DNA from: Halalkalibacterium halodurans
GTDB lineage: Bacteria > Bacillota > Bacilli > Bacillales > Bacillaceae_D
Reading direction: 5' to 3'
Assembly (NCBI RefSeq): GCF_004376175.1
Contig: NZ_SNUY01000049.1
Coordinates: 1-24,260, forward strand
Length of the DNA: 24,260 nucleotides
In this document: piece after piece, positions 1-9,400 of the stretch
Layout of the letters: every line of letters starts with the position of its first letter
How positions within the stretch are numbered: position 1 is the first letter of the stretch
The notes under the pieces: generated by a model
Database searches by the model: none
The model's input: the letters and a program-made list of their open reading frames with translations, nothing else
What the model was told of the DNA's origin: nothing
Made by a program: the position numbers and the translations under genes

Positions 1-293
1 ACTGTCTGACGCTGATATCGCTCTACAAAACAGGCTTTCTCCGCAAACCGCTTCCCGCATCTGCACGCGTACCGGCGCTTTCGATAGAATAGATACACCC
101 ACCGTTCAAAGAGCTTGAGATGTTGAACTTTTTGGATGCGGTAATCATGGATTCTCTCGGTTCTCTCCCCGCAGGATGGGCAACGATGAGGCGTTCGCGG
201 CATTTCTACATGGAGCGCGATAAAGCCCTCTCGTTCCTCCATCTTTGTGACCTTCACACCTTTTAATCCGGGCAAATCCATGGTAAAATTCAT
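1..293 (-). CDS. ISL3-family transposase, N-terminal ~97 aa. It is partial and open to the window edge, so it is absent from the supplied track.
   Basis: Hand translation of the minus strand from the ATG at 293 gives MNFTMDLPGLKGVKVTKMEEREGFIALHVEMPRTPHRCPSCGERTERIHDYRIQKVQHLKLFERWVYLFYRKRRYACRCGKRFAEKACFVERYQRQT. There are no stops. The CxxC...HDYR...RRYxCxxCGKxFxE pattern is the zf-ISL3 N-terminal signature. An AGGAG lies 11 nt upstream. Confidence 0.8.
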   Translation of the reverse strand, partial: MNFTMDLPGLKGVKVTKMEEREGFIALHVEMPRTPHRCPSCGERTERIHDYRIQKVQHLKLFERWVYLFYRKRRYACRCGKRFAEKACFVERYQRQT

Positions 294-414
294 CGTACAC
301 GCAGCTCCTATCCTTTCTTTGTTTCTCGACAATTCAAGGATAATGGATAAAGGAGCCTGCGTGCATTTTTTTTGCCCTCTTTTGTGCAAAAACCCCAACA
401 TTTATTGTAGAGCC
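1..414 (-). mobile_element. ISL3-family insertion sequence, partial. One terminal end lies in the window and the rest runs off the left edge.
   Basis: The transposase N-terminus reads leftward from 293. The minus strand reads GGCTCTACAATAAATG starting at 414, which resembles the GGCTCTT-type terminal inverted repeats typical of ISL3 elements. The exact end is inferred. Confidence 0.65.
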
Positions 415-416
415 AC

Positions 417-462
417 AAAAAAAGGTTCGGATCATTAAGATAAAGTGATCCGAACCTTTTTT
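417..462. terminator. Bidirectional rho-independent terminator, serving halT on the minus strand
   Basis: The stem GGTTCGGATCA (424-434) pairs with TGATCCGAACC (446-456). It is flanked by A7 (417-423) and T6 (457-462). It lies 38 nt downstream of the halT stop. Confidence 0.75.
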
Positions 463-493
463 CTTCCTTTGGGCTAGTTTTGTCCTAGCCTTC

Positions 494-2668
494 TTAAATC
501 GATTGGGGTACCTTTTGTTCTTCTGAATAATTGTTGTAGAATGAAGCATAGTAGCCACTTTGATTTAATAGTTCTGTATGGGTTCCTGTTTCAATTATTT
601 TCCCGTCTTCTAAGACAATAATTAAGTCCGCATTCATGATGGTCGTGAGACGGTGGGCAATGACGATTCGGGTACATTTCATGGCTGATAAATATTGGTC
701 AATCTTTGCTTCATTGACGTGATCTAAAGAGCTTGTTGCTTCATCGAGTAATAAAATTTTTGGTTTGTGCACAAGGGCGCGGGCGAGTGCGATCCTTTGC
801 CGCTGGCCACCAGAGATGTTATGCCCCATCTCAGATACAAGTGTCTCATAGTTCATCGGCATGTTCATAATCTCTTCGTGAACTTGAGCGATTTTTGCGG
901 CTTCGATAATGTCCTCCATGCTCGTATCTGGATTATGGAGGGCGATGTTCTCTCGAATTGACTGATTTAATAGTGTGACGTCTTGAGGGACGACACCAAT
1001 TTTTTGCCGTAATGCTCGCTTGTTCAAATCGTTTAAATTGTATCCATCGTAATAAACCTCACCTTTTGTTGGCTCATACAACCCTAGCATGATTTTAGAG
1101 AGGGTGCTTTTGCCAGAGCCTGATTTACCGACGAGGGCAACCTTTGTTCCTGGTGCGACACGTAGCGATACATCTTTCACGACTTCTTGGCCAAATCGAG
1201 AATAACTGAAAGAGACATCTTTCAAGGTAATTTCACCATGGAGGTTATGAAGGGCCTTGCGATTTTCCCCAATATCCTCCTCTTTTGAGTCAAACACATC
1301 TTGAGCTCTTCCTAAGTAAGCATTTGCTAGTATAAAAGAATTGATCGTATGAACGAGAGAACTACTTAACCCGAAAAATTGCGTAGTCACAGAATAAAAG
1401 GCTACCACTGTTCCCATTGTTACTGCTTGGGCTAGGACTTGATGAGATCCAATGTAAAGAACGATGAGCGGCGCGATCACGGTTAAGAATGTCGTTGCCG
1501 TATTTACGTTATTTAAAATATATTCCTTATTCTTGTAAGCTAAGATGAGCTTATTGAATCGATTCTCCCACTTTTGATACATTGTATCTTCCACACCAGC
1601 TGTTTTAATGCCGAATATGCCGTACATCGTCTCAGTTTGAGTTGCCTGAACTTCCGATTGCTTCATAATCTCTTTTTGATTTGCCTCCGAAATTTTTGGC
1701 CGACTAAAATAGATGATTAGGCCATTTACTGTTGCTAGGAGGAAAACGATTAAAGTAAGCAACGGCGAAAACAGCGTCATGTACGCAAGTATGACCACTA
1801 ACATCCCGATGTCCAATATCCCTTTTAACAGCTGATTGGCAAGTAAGTCTCGAATGACACGCAAGCTGCCTGCGCGAAAGAGAATATCTCCAAACGAGCG
1901 TACCTGAAAAAAGTGGTACGGTAAATTTAATAAGTGACGAAAAAACTTGGTCATCATTTCTCGGTCAAGGTGGTTTTGCATAATGACGAGAGCCCTGCCT
2001 TGAATGAAGACAAAGAAAGCTTGAGAAAAAACATAGCAACTAAGCCCAATTAAGAATACTTGAAGCATCTCTCGGCTTTCTGGTAAAAGAATAAAATCAA
2101 TGACAAACTGGACGAGCAATGGATTGGCGAGCGTAAGTAATTGTAACGTAACGGAAACGGCGATGATGAAAAGGAGCAGCTTCGGCTTTTTAACCATGTA
2201 TGTGAGATAAGGTTTCCAAAGGTTTTTCGGCTTCTGATAGTCTGGCTGCCTTTCTGGATTGCATGTCAAAATGTAGCCTGTATATTTTTGCTGCAACTCG
2301 TCCTGCCTGATTTTCAATCTTCCTAAAGCTGGATCAACAATATAATAGTGGTTTTTTGTTACTTTCTCTAAAACAACAAAATGTTTCCCTTCCCAAAAGA
2401 GAATTGCTGGAAGTTGATGCATGTGCAAGTGCTCTGCTGGTGTTTGATAGACTTTTGCCTCAAAACCTAAATGTTTGGCTAGTTGTTTTAAGTGGAGTAA
2501 CGTCGTACCATCACGCCCATTGGCCATTCGTTCTCTTAGGTAGTGGAGTGAAACATGTCCCTTGTAGTATTTGACAATCATCGCCATACAACAAAGGCCG
2601 CACTCTGTTTGTTGAAGCTGTTCAATGAAGGGTACCTTTCTTCTATGTTTGATCTTATTATCTGTCAT
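494..2668 (-). CDS. halT: Bifunctional lantibiotic ABC transporter with an N-terminal C39 leader peptidase domain (LanT/AMS type)
   Basis: The 724-aa ORF has an N-terminal QTECGLCCMAMI motif (catalytic Cys of C39 double-glycine peptidases) followed by six TM segments. It carries Walker A GKSGSGKST, the ABC signature ISGGQRQR and Walker B ILLLDEATS. Its start overlaps the halM2 stop by 11 nt. Confidence 0.95.
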   Translation of the reverse strand: MTDNKIKHRRKVPFIEQLQQTECGLCCMAMIVKYYKGHVSLHYLRERMANGRDGTTLLHLKQLAKHLGFEAKVYQTPAEHLHMHQLPAILFWEGKHFVVLEKVTKNHYYIVDPALGRLKIRQDELQQKYTGYILTCNPERQPDYQKPKNLWKPYLTYMVKKPKLLLFIIAVSVTLQLLTLANPLLVQFVIDFILLPESREMLQVFLIGLSCYVFSQAFFVFIQGRALVIMQNHLDREMMTKFFRHLLNLPYHFFQVRSFGDILFRAGSLRVIRDLLANQLLKGILDIGMLVVILAYMTLFSPLLTLIVFLLATVNGLIIYFSRPKISEANQKEIMKQSEVQATQTETMYGIFGIKTAGVEDTMYQKWENRFNKLILAYKNKEYILNNVNTATTFLTVIAPLIVLYIGSHQVLAQAVTMGTVVAFYSVTTQFFGLSSSLVHTINSFILANAYLGRAQDVFDSKEEDIGENRKALHNLHGEITLKDVSFSYSRFGQEVVKDVSLRVAPGTKVALVGKSGSGKSTLSKIMLGLYEPTKGEVYYDGYNLNDLNKRALRQKIGVVPQDVTLLNQSIRENIALHNPDTSMEDIIEAAKIAQVHEEIMNMPMNYETLVSEMGHNISGGQRQRIALARALVHKPKILLLDEATSSLDHVNEAKIDQYLSAMKCTRIVIAHRLTTIMNADLIIVLEDGKIIETGTHTELLNQSGYYASFYNNYSEEQKVPQSI

Positions 2669-5630
2669 GAATTCTCAACTCTTTTTCGGTTAATGTAGAA
2701 GAGGGAAGCTCCAGTGCTAAAATCGATGGAACGGTAGGGTTAATATGTCGAAGCAATTGATAGCCAATACCTGTGACCCCTAACATCATTCCTTGCAATT
2801 GATCGCTATGATTTAAGCCCAATTTCCAGCCATATGTGTGCGCTTGGTCGATAGAAGAAATCGCTAATTTTCTTGCTAGTTCTTTTGGCTCGGGATTGTT
2901 CGTATACTGGGCATACAACAGTAAAAGGTCTAAATTTCCGAAATCACCGTGACAGAGACTATGATTATGTCCGAACCCGTCTGATATGGTTTTGTTTAAT
3001 GCAGCATTTAATTCTTCGTGAAGAAGTTCGTCATCGTAGAACTGTGCTAGTAAAAGACGGCTGATCCCAATCCCGGGAGCACCATGGCACCAAAAGGTTT
3101 GATAGGCGTTTCCCTTCCTTAAATCCACCCAATTGTTTTCCTGTTTGTTAAATCGGTTCCGTTCATAGACAAGGTACGAGTGCCCTTGTTTCAAAAGCTG
3201 TTCATCATTCGCAACCGTTCCGTAAGTGAGTAAAGCTAACGCAAATCCTGCGGCTCCATGGCTAAGCCCCGTAAGAACCGTATCTGGCTGTTTAGAATCT
3301 AATAGCACTGACAATCGGCTTGCGGTCGTCTTTGCTACCTCAAAAACTCTAGGCTCGTTTGTCAGTTGATAGATTTTTGTCAGCATATAAAGAACTCCAG
3401 ATAAACCACTGACAAAGTCCGGTGTTTCTTCGTGCTGAACACATTCTTCCAAATGCTTCAAGTATTCATGTGCCTTTTGAATGATGTGTGAATCAGACCG
3501 TTGGAGTCCAAGCACCATAAGGCCATAGAACAGTGACCCTAAACCGAAATAAGCAGAAGATGGCATTAGCTCAGGCTTTAGCTGTTTAAACATTCCTTCC
3601 AACAAAGCATCAGCAGCATGCCGGTAGTGTGTTTCTCCTGTTTGTTGAGCAAGTTGATCGAAAAACAAAACAATTCCTAATGTACCATCATAAATCCCTG
3701 GTGTGAGAGGGGAGACGGTTACGGCTTCATTCATTCCAACACTTACACCAATTAAATAAGCGGCATGCCGATCGTCTTCCCAAATGAGTTGCGCTAAAAT
3801 GTCATCTCCTATGGCTTGGGCTTCTCGCAAAAAGTATCCATCTTCTCGGTCAGCAGAAGCAGGTGACATTGGTGTTTTTTCGTGAGAAGGTGTCCAGTCG
3901 CCATTAGTAAGGGTAGCAAGAGAGCTCTTGATATAGCGAATTTGTCTTGCTTCATCTTCACTCCCTAACTGTTGTAGTCGATGGGTGACTCGTTCAATAC
4001 AAGAGGATTGAAAGAGGTCAGCGATGTCTCTTCCATATCCATCCTTAACGATGGTTCCGCCACAAGTAAGGACAAAATAAGGGATATCATGGTTTTCAAG
4101 TTCTGCTATTTCATGTGGCACGATCTTCTTAAATGGAGCCATTAACGAGGTAATGTTCCAGAATGATTCAAACAGCTTATTCCGCCTAGTCGGTTCCTGC
4201 AAATAGTCGGGGTGAGTGCTAGCCTCCAAAAATTTAGCATAAACATGAGTGGCCCGAAACACATGGCGAATTTGACATGATTCAAAAGCGAAGATAGGCC
4301 CGTTGTGGTCCATTAGTTCATCGATTTCGTTGAGAAAGAGTCGATACATTTTCCGAAAACCATCTGTAACATGGGGGATGTAATTCCCGATATTCGCTTC
4401 TTTCCCGTTAACTGTAGGTTTATTTTGGCTAGATTCGGTTACGTAAGGTTGTTCAACTAACTTCATCTCATCCGTTTTTTGATTGACGATAACCCATGTT
4501 TTAATCTTTTCAGATTGAACGCCTTTTCCCCCGCCGACTGCACTTAGATCGATATCAAGTAATTTGCCACTAGCAATTGTAATCGGAAGCATCAAGGTCC
4601 CAAAGACAGATTGTGTTAGCTCCCTAGCAAGAGCAGGAAATGGAAATGCGCTGTCGTAACAATCCAAATCATTGGTGAATAATGTTTCTAAATCAATTAA
4701 CATCGGGTGTTCTCCGCAGGCGATTAAATTGTCTAAATGAAGATCTGTCGCTCCGAAAAGATAAGCGATAGCCAGATATCCTCCGATTCTTGAATAATAG
4801 CGCTCGATCTCATCCTCCGATGTTGCCTCTTGATGTGGGATAAATTCATACCAGCCGTATGTTTGTCGATCAATGGCTATAGGAATGCGTAATGATGGTT
4901 GAAATCCTTTGGAATTAACCCACTCAATAAACTCACCAAATTGTTTATCAATTGACAGGGAACGGGGCTTGTAGACTACTTTTTGGCCAGAGGCAAATGT
5001 AAGGATGGTCACACATTGACCATTTACATGAGTATCCCCGACGCCGAGCTGAAGGTTCGTTAGTCGTAAGTCTTTCTCTTTAAAAAAATCACTCAACAAT
5101 AGGTAGTCTTTCATATAATGCTGAATGATCTTTTTTACAAAATTGATGGTGCGCAACGTCTCATTTACTACAAGTTTACCTAGAATTGGATATATATTAA
5201 ATAAATTTATTGATTTTGAAGTTTTATTAAATTTATGGTTAAAATCCATATAACGTTCGTGTGGTGTTGATCCGTTTAAGCCTACAGTTAATTTATCAAT
5301 GTGCATTTCTGAAATTAACGTACGATGAGTTAAGTGAAAGAGGCGATGGTGAACAGCTGTTAAGGTTGATTGTAGAAGTGATTGCCGTTCTATGAGCGCC
5401 ATGTCCGTTTTGAAAGTCATAAAATAGTCGGACATTGATTGATATGTAAATTGAAGAAAGGGAGTATAGAAAAAAGAAAACAAATCATTTTCTGCATGGA
5501 AGTATTTCTGGATCTCTTCGGTGACAGGGATCGATAAGATGTCATGAAGTTGTTCTAGCCAATCTGTATCGTTGGTGTGCGGAAGTGTTGTTGGTACGCT
5601 AGGATGCTCACTTGTTAGAGGAGTTTTCAT
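2658..5630 (-). CDS. halM2: Class II lanthipeptide synthetase (LanM), paired with the beta precursor
   Basis: This is a 990-aa ORF. The dehydratase/kinase-like motifs are VYKPRS, DLHLDNLI and IDLETLF. The C-terminal LanC-like cyclase motifs are SHGAAG, WCHGAPG and CHGDFG (zinc ligands). The RBS AAGGAGAGAGG lies upstream of the ATG at 5630. Confidence 0.95.
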   Translation of the reverse strand: MKTPLTSEHPSVPTTLPHTNDTDWLEQLHDILSIPVTEEIQKYFHAENDLFSFFYTPFLQFTYQSMSDYFMTFKTDMALIERQSLLQSTLTAVHHRLFHLTHRTLISEMHIDKLTVGLNGSTPHERYMDFNHKFNKTSKSINLFNIYPILGKLVVNETLRTINFVKKIIQHYMKDYLLLSDFFKEKDLRLTNLQLGVGDTHVNGQCVTILTFASGQKVVYKPRSLSIDKQFGEFIEWVNSKGFQPSLRIPIAIDRQTYGWYEFIPHQEATSEDEIERYYSRIGGYLAIAYLFGATDLHLDNLIACGEHPMLIDLETLFTNDLDCYDSAFPFPALARELTQSVFGTLMLPITIASGKLLDIDLSAVGGGKGVQSEKIKTWVIVNQKTDEMKLVEQPYVTESSQNKPTVNGKEANIGNYIPHVTDGFRKMYRLFLNEIDELMDHNGPIFAFESCQIRHVFRATHVYAKFLEASTHPDYLQEPTRRNKLFESFWNITSLMAPFKKIVPHEIAELENHDIPYFVLTCGGTIVKDGYGRDIADLFQSSCIERVTHRLQQLGSEDEARQIRYIKSSLATLTNGDWTPSHEKTPMSPASADREDGYFLREAQAIGDDILAQLIWEDDRHAAYLIGVSVGMNEAVTVSPLTPGIYDGTLGIVLFFDQLAQQTGETHYRHAADALLEGMFKQLKPELMPSSAYFGLGSLFYGLMVLGLQRSDSHIIQKAHEYLKHLEECVQHEETPDFVSGLSGVLYMLTKIYQLTNEPRVFEVAKTTASRLSVLLDSKQPDTVLTGLSHGAAGFALALLTYGTVANDEQLLKQGHSYLVYERNRFNKQENNWVDLRKGNAYQTFWCHGAPGIGISRLLLAQFYDDELLHEELNAALNKTISDGFGHNHSLCHGDFGNLDLLLLYAQYTNNPEPKELARKLAISSIDQAHTYGWKLGLNHSDQLQGMMLGVTGIGYQLLRHINPTVPSILALELPSSTLTEKELRIHDR

Positions 5631-5692
5631 CGTTACCTCTCTCCTTACTAGTTACTATTCTATTTAAAAAGTTTAAATCCTTTATAGAGGAG

Positions 5693-5716
5693 CAGCCCTC
5701 ATGATCATGAGGGCTG
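5693..5716 (-). promoter_or_regulatory. Perfect 24-nt palindromic hairpin between halA2 and halM2, a candidate partial terminator or mRNA-stabilising element
   Basis: CAGCCCTCATGA/TCATGAGGGCTG forms a 10-12 bp GC-rich stem. It has no immediately adjacent U-tract on the minus-strand transcript, so read-through into halM2-halT is expected. Confidence 0.5.
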
Positions 5717-5762
5717 ATTTATGTCGACACTAAGTAAGTATAAAAATGAAGAGCACGCTACA

Positions 5763-5960
5763 TTAGCACTGGCTTGTACACTTTGTAGTTGGGCACAAGG
5801 CTACGGAGACACCAACTGTAGCGCAAGGCCAAGTTGTTTGTGCATGCACATCTCCTGAACCAGCTAGAGACGAAAGTTCCTTCTCGTTCACCTCGTCAAC
5901 GAATTGTAGACCTTGGGCTTTGCGGAATTCAGGATTACGCAAATCTTTTGAATTTACCAT
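5763..5960 (-). CDS. halA2: Two-component lantibiotic beta precursor peptide (haloduracin beta, HalA2), 65 aa
   Basis: The sequence is MVNSKDLRNPEFRKAQGLQFVDEVNEKELSSLAGSGDVHAQTTWPCATVGVSVALCPTTKCTSQC. The ATG at 5960 is preceded by AGGAGG, so the track's 89-aa extension from 6032 is not needed. The leader is of the EL..xxGS double-glycine type. The core is Ser/Thr/Cys-rich with a CPTTKCTSQC tail typical of beta peptides. It matches my memory of HalA2. Confidence 0.95.
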   Translation of the reverse strand: MVNSKDLRNPEFRKAQGLQFVDEVNEKELSSLAGSGDVHAQTTWPCATVGVSVALCPTTKCTSQC

Positions 5961-6152
5961 TAAAATACCTCCTAATATAAAATTTGTCTCTAGAGACAGT
6001 TTAAATGTATCATAGCTTCCTTTAAAATCCAATATAATTTTTGTGATTTTTTTATTATTTTTTAATTTAGGAAAATTTTAAAAAAATATTGTTGACTAAA
6101 TTTCAACAAAGTGGTAGATTTTAAGTGAATTACATGGAAGGAGGTGAAATTA
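5961..6152. promoter_or_regulatory. AT-rich divergent promoter and operator region between halA2 and halA1
   Basis: This is a 192-bp intergenic region between divergent precursor genes. It contains a sigma-A-like promoter for halA1, a 7-7-7 inverted repeat at 6089-6109 and a 14-bp perfect palindrome at 5985-5998. Confidence 0.6.
6092..6120 (+). promoter_or_regulatory. Candidate sigma-A promoter of halA1-halM1
   Basis: TTGACT (6092-6097) is followed by a 17-nt spacer and TAGATT (6115-6120). A TGn extended -10 lies at 6112-6114. The promoter is about 30 nt upstream of the halA1 RBS. Confidence 0.55.
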
Positions 6153-6362
6153 ATGACAAATCTTTTAAAAGAATGGAAAATGCCTCTTGAGCGTACTCAT
6201 AATAATTCTAATCCAGCAGGGGATATTTTCCAAGAGTTAGAAGACCAAGATATTCTAGCTGGGGTGAATGGTGCTTGCGCATGGTACAACATCAGCTGCC
6301 GTCTAGGTAACAAAGGTGCTTACTGCACACTTACAGTTGAGTGCATGCCTTCTTGCAACTAA
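6153..6362 (+). CDS. halA1: Two-component lantibiotic alpha precursor peptide (haloduracin alpha, HalA1), 69 aa
   Basis: The sequence is MTNLLKEWKMPLERTHNNSNPAGDIFQELEDQDILAGVNGACAWYNISCRLGNKGAYCTLTVECMPSCN. The ATG at 6153 lies 6 nt after GGAGGTG, whereas the track starts at an upstream GTG. The leader ends in a GA double-glycine-type site. The core carries the mersacidin-like CTLTxEC lipid II-binding motif. It matches my memory of HalA1. Confidence 0.95.
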   Translation: MTNLLKEWKMPLERTHNNSNPAGDIFQELEDQDILAGVNGACAWYNISCRLGNKGAYCTLTVECMPSCN

Positions 6363-6375
6363 TACTTAACAAAAT

Positions 6376-6410
6376 AGAGAAAGAGAGTAGTTACGCTACT
6401 CTCTTTCTTT
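6376..6410 (+). promoter_or_regulatory. Hairpin between halA1 and halM1, a candidate leaky terminator or attenuator
   Basis: AGAAAGAGAGTAG (6378-6390) pairs with CTACTCTCTTTCT (6396-6408) around the loop TTACG. Only a short TT follows before the halM1 RBS. Confidence 0.5.
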
Positions 6411-6430
6411 ACATGGACAAGGAGAAGAAA

Positions 6431-9400
6431 ATGAGAGAATTACAAAATGCTCTTTACTTTTCAGAAGTAGTGTTCGGGCCAAATTTGGAGAAAATAGTTG
6501 GTGAGAAACGGTTGAATTTTTGGCTGAAGTTGATCGGGGAGGATCCTGAAAACCTTAAGGAGTTTCTCTCGCGAAAAGGGAATTCTTTTGAAGAACAAAC
6601 GCTCCCGGAAAAAGAAGCGATCGTACCGAACAGATTAGGAGAAGAGGCACTAGAAAAAGTAAGAGAAGAATTGGAATTTCTTAATACATATTCAACGAAG
6701 CATGTAAGAAGAGTAAAAGAACTCGGTGTCCAAATTCCATTTGAAGGCATTCTTCTGCCGTTCATATCCATGTATATAGAGAAATTTCAACAACAACAAT
6801 TGAGGAAAAAAATTGGTCCAATACATGAAGAGATTTGGACTCAGATAGTGCAAGATATTACCAGCAAACTTAATGCTATTCTACACCGTACACTTATCCT
6901 GGAACTGAACGTTGCAAGAGTCACCTCTCAGTTGAAGGGAGATACCCCGGAAGAACGATTTGCTTATTACTCAAAAACCTATTTAGGGAAAAGGGAAGTC
7001 ACCCATCGTCTTTATTCTGAATATCCAGTTGTCCTACGATTACTATTTACCACGATTAGTCATCATATTAGCTTTATAACGGAAATTCTCGAACGAGTTG
7101 CCAACGATCGAGAAGCGATAGAAACAGAGTTTTCACCATGCTCACCGATCGGTACTTTGGCCTCACTCCACCTAAATTCAGGTGACGCTCATCATAAACA
7201 ACGCACGGTCACTATTCTAGAGTTTTCTTCGTCGTTAAAACTTGTTTATAAACCGCGTTCTCTTAAGGTTGACGGGGTATTTAATGGCCTGCTTGCATTT
7301 TTAAATGACAGAACAGGTGAAGTGATAAAAGATCAATATTGTCCTAAAGTGCTACAACGAGACGGATATGGATACGTAGAATTCGTTACCCATCAAAGCT
7401 GTCAATCGCTAGAAGAGGTATCTGATTTTTATGAAAGACTCGGTTCACTTATGAGCCTTTCGTATGTCCTCAATTCATCCGACTTTCACTTTGAAAATAT
7501 TATTGCTCATGGTCCATACCCTGTTTTAATTGATTTAGAGACGATTATTCATAATACGGCCGATTCATCAGAAGAGACATCCACAGCGATGGATAGAGCT
7601 TTTCGGATGTTAAATGATTCTGTCCTTTCAACAGGTATGCTACCTTCGTCTATCTATTATCGAGATCAACCGAATATGAAAGGGTTAAACGTAGGTGGTG
7701 TCAGCAAGAGCGAGGGACAGAAAACACCATTTAAAGTCAATCAAATTGCAAACAGAAATACGGATGAAATGAGAATAGAGAAAGACCATGTGACGCTTTC
7801 TAGTCAAAAGAACTTGCCAATTTTTCAATCGGCAGCAATGGAGTCTGTTCACTTTCTCGACCAAATTCAAAAGGGCTTTACTTCAATGTATCAATGGATT
7901 GAAAAAAACAAGCAGGAATTTAAGGAACAGGTGCGGAAGTTTGAAGGTGTCCCCGTCCGGGCGGTCCTCCGTTCCACGACACGTTATACGGAACTTTTAA
8001 AAAGTAGTTATCATCCAGATTTACTAAGGTCAGCACTTGATCGTGAAGTTCTCTTAAACAGGTTGACGGTAGATTCTGTCATGACCCCATATTTGAAGGA
8101 AATTATTCCTCTCGAAGTGGAAGATTTACTTAATGGGGATGTTCCATATTTCTATACTTTGCCGGAAGAACGCGCCTTATATCAAGAGGCTTCCGCTATC
8201 AATTCAACGTTTTTTACCACATCTATTTTTCATAAAATCGATCAAAAAATAGATAAATTAGGGATAGAGGATCATACTCAGCAAATGAAAATTTTGCATA
8301 TGTCGATGCTTGCAAGTAACGCGAATCATTATGCAGATGTTGCAGACCTTGATATTCAAAAAGGTCATACGATCAAAAATGAGCAGTATGTAGAGATGGC
8401 AAAAGATATTGGAGATTACTTGATGGAATTATCTGTGGAAGGAGAAAATCAGGGTGAACCTGATCTTTGTTGGATCAGTACGGTTTTAGAAGGCTCTAGC
8501 GAAATTATATGGGATATTTCCCCGGTAGGTGAAGATCTATATAATGGTTCAGCAGGGGTCGCCCTATTTTATGCTTACTTGTTTAAAATAACAGGGGAGA
8601 AGCGATATCAAGAGATCGCCTATAAAGCGTTAGTCCCTGTTCGGAGATCTGTTGCTCAATTCCAACACCACCCTAACTGGAGCATAGGTGCATTTAATGG
8701 AGCGAGTGGTTATCTTTACGCAATGGGAACAATCGCTGCTTTATTTAATGACGAGCGTCTTAAACATGAGGTAACTAGAAGCATCCCTCATATAGAGCCT
8801 ATGATCCACGAAGATAAAATCTATGATTTCATTGGGGGTTCAGCAGGGGCGTTGAAAGTATTTTTATCTCTTTCCGGCCTTTTTGATGAGCCTAAGTTCT
8901 TGGAATTGGCGATTGCTTGTAGTGAACATTTAATGAAAAATGCGATCAAGACTGACCAGGGGATAGGATGGAAACCACCATGGGAGGTAACTCCATTAAC
9001 GGGTTTTTCTCATGGCGTATCAGGCGTAATGGCTTCGTTCATTGAACTCTATCAACAGACTGGAGATGAACGGCTGTTATCCTATATTGATCAATCTCTT
9101 GCGTATGAGCGAAGTTTCTTTTCAGAACAGGAGGAAAACTGGCTAACTCCAAACAAAGAAACGCCAGTTGTTGCGTGGTGCCATGGGGCGCCAGGGATAC
9201 TTGTAAGTCGCTTACTATTAAAGAAATGTGGATATCTTGATGAGAAGGTAGAAAAAGAGATTGAAGTGGCCTTGTCTACAACGATAAGAAAAGGTCTTGG
9301 TAACAATCGTTCCCTTTGCCACGGTGACTTTGGCCAATTGGAGATTTTACGATTTGCGGCCGAGGTTTTAGGCGATTCGTATTTACAGGAAGTAGTAAAC

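Noticed and set aside
247-558. ORFs 247-438 (+) and 334-558 (-)
   Set aside because: They span the IS end, the terminator hairpin and the 3' end of halT. They have no coding signals.
5961-6152. N-terminal extensions of halA2 (to 6032), halA1 (to 6144) and halM1 (to 6341) shown in the ORF track
   Set aside because: Each has an internal ATG with a much better placed Shine-Dalgarno sequence. The extensions run through the promoter region or through the upstream gene and hairpin.
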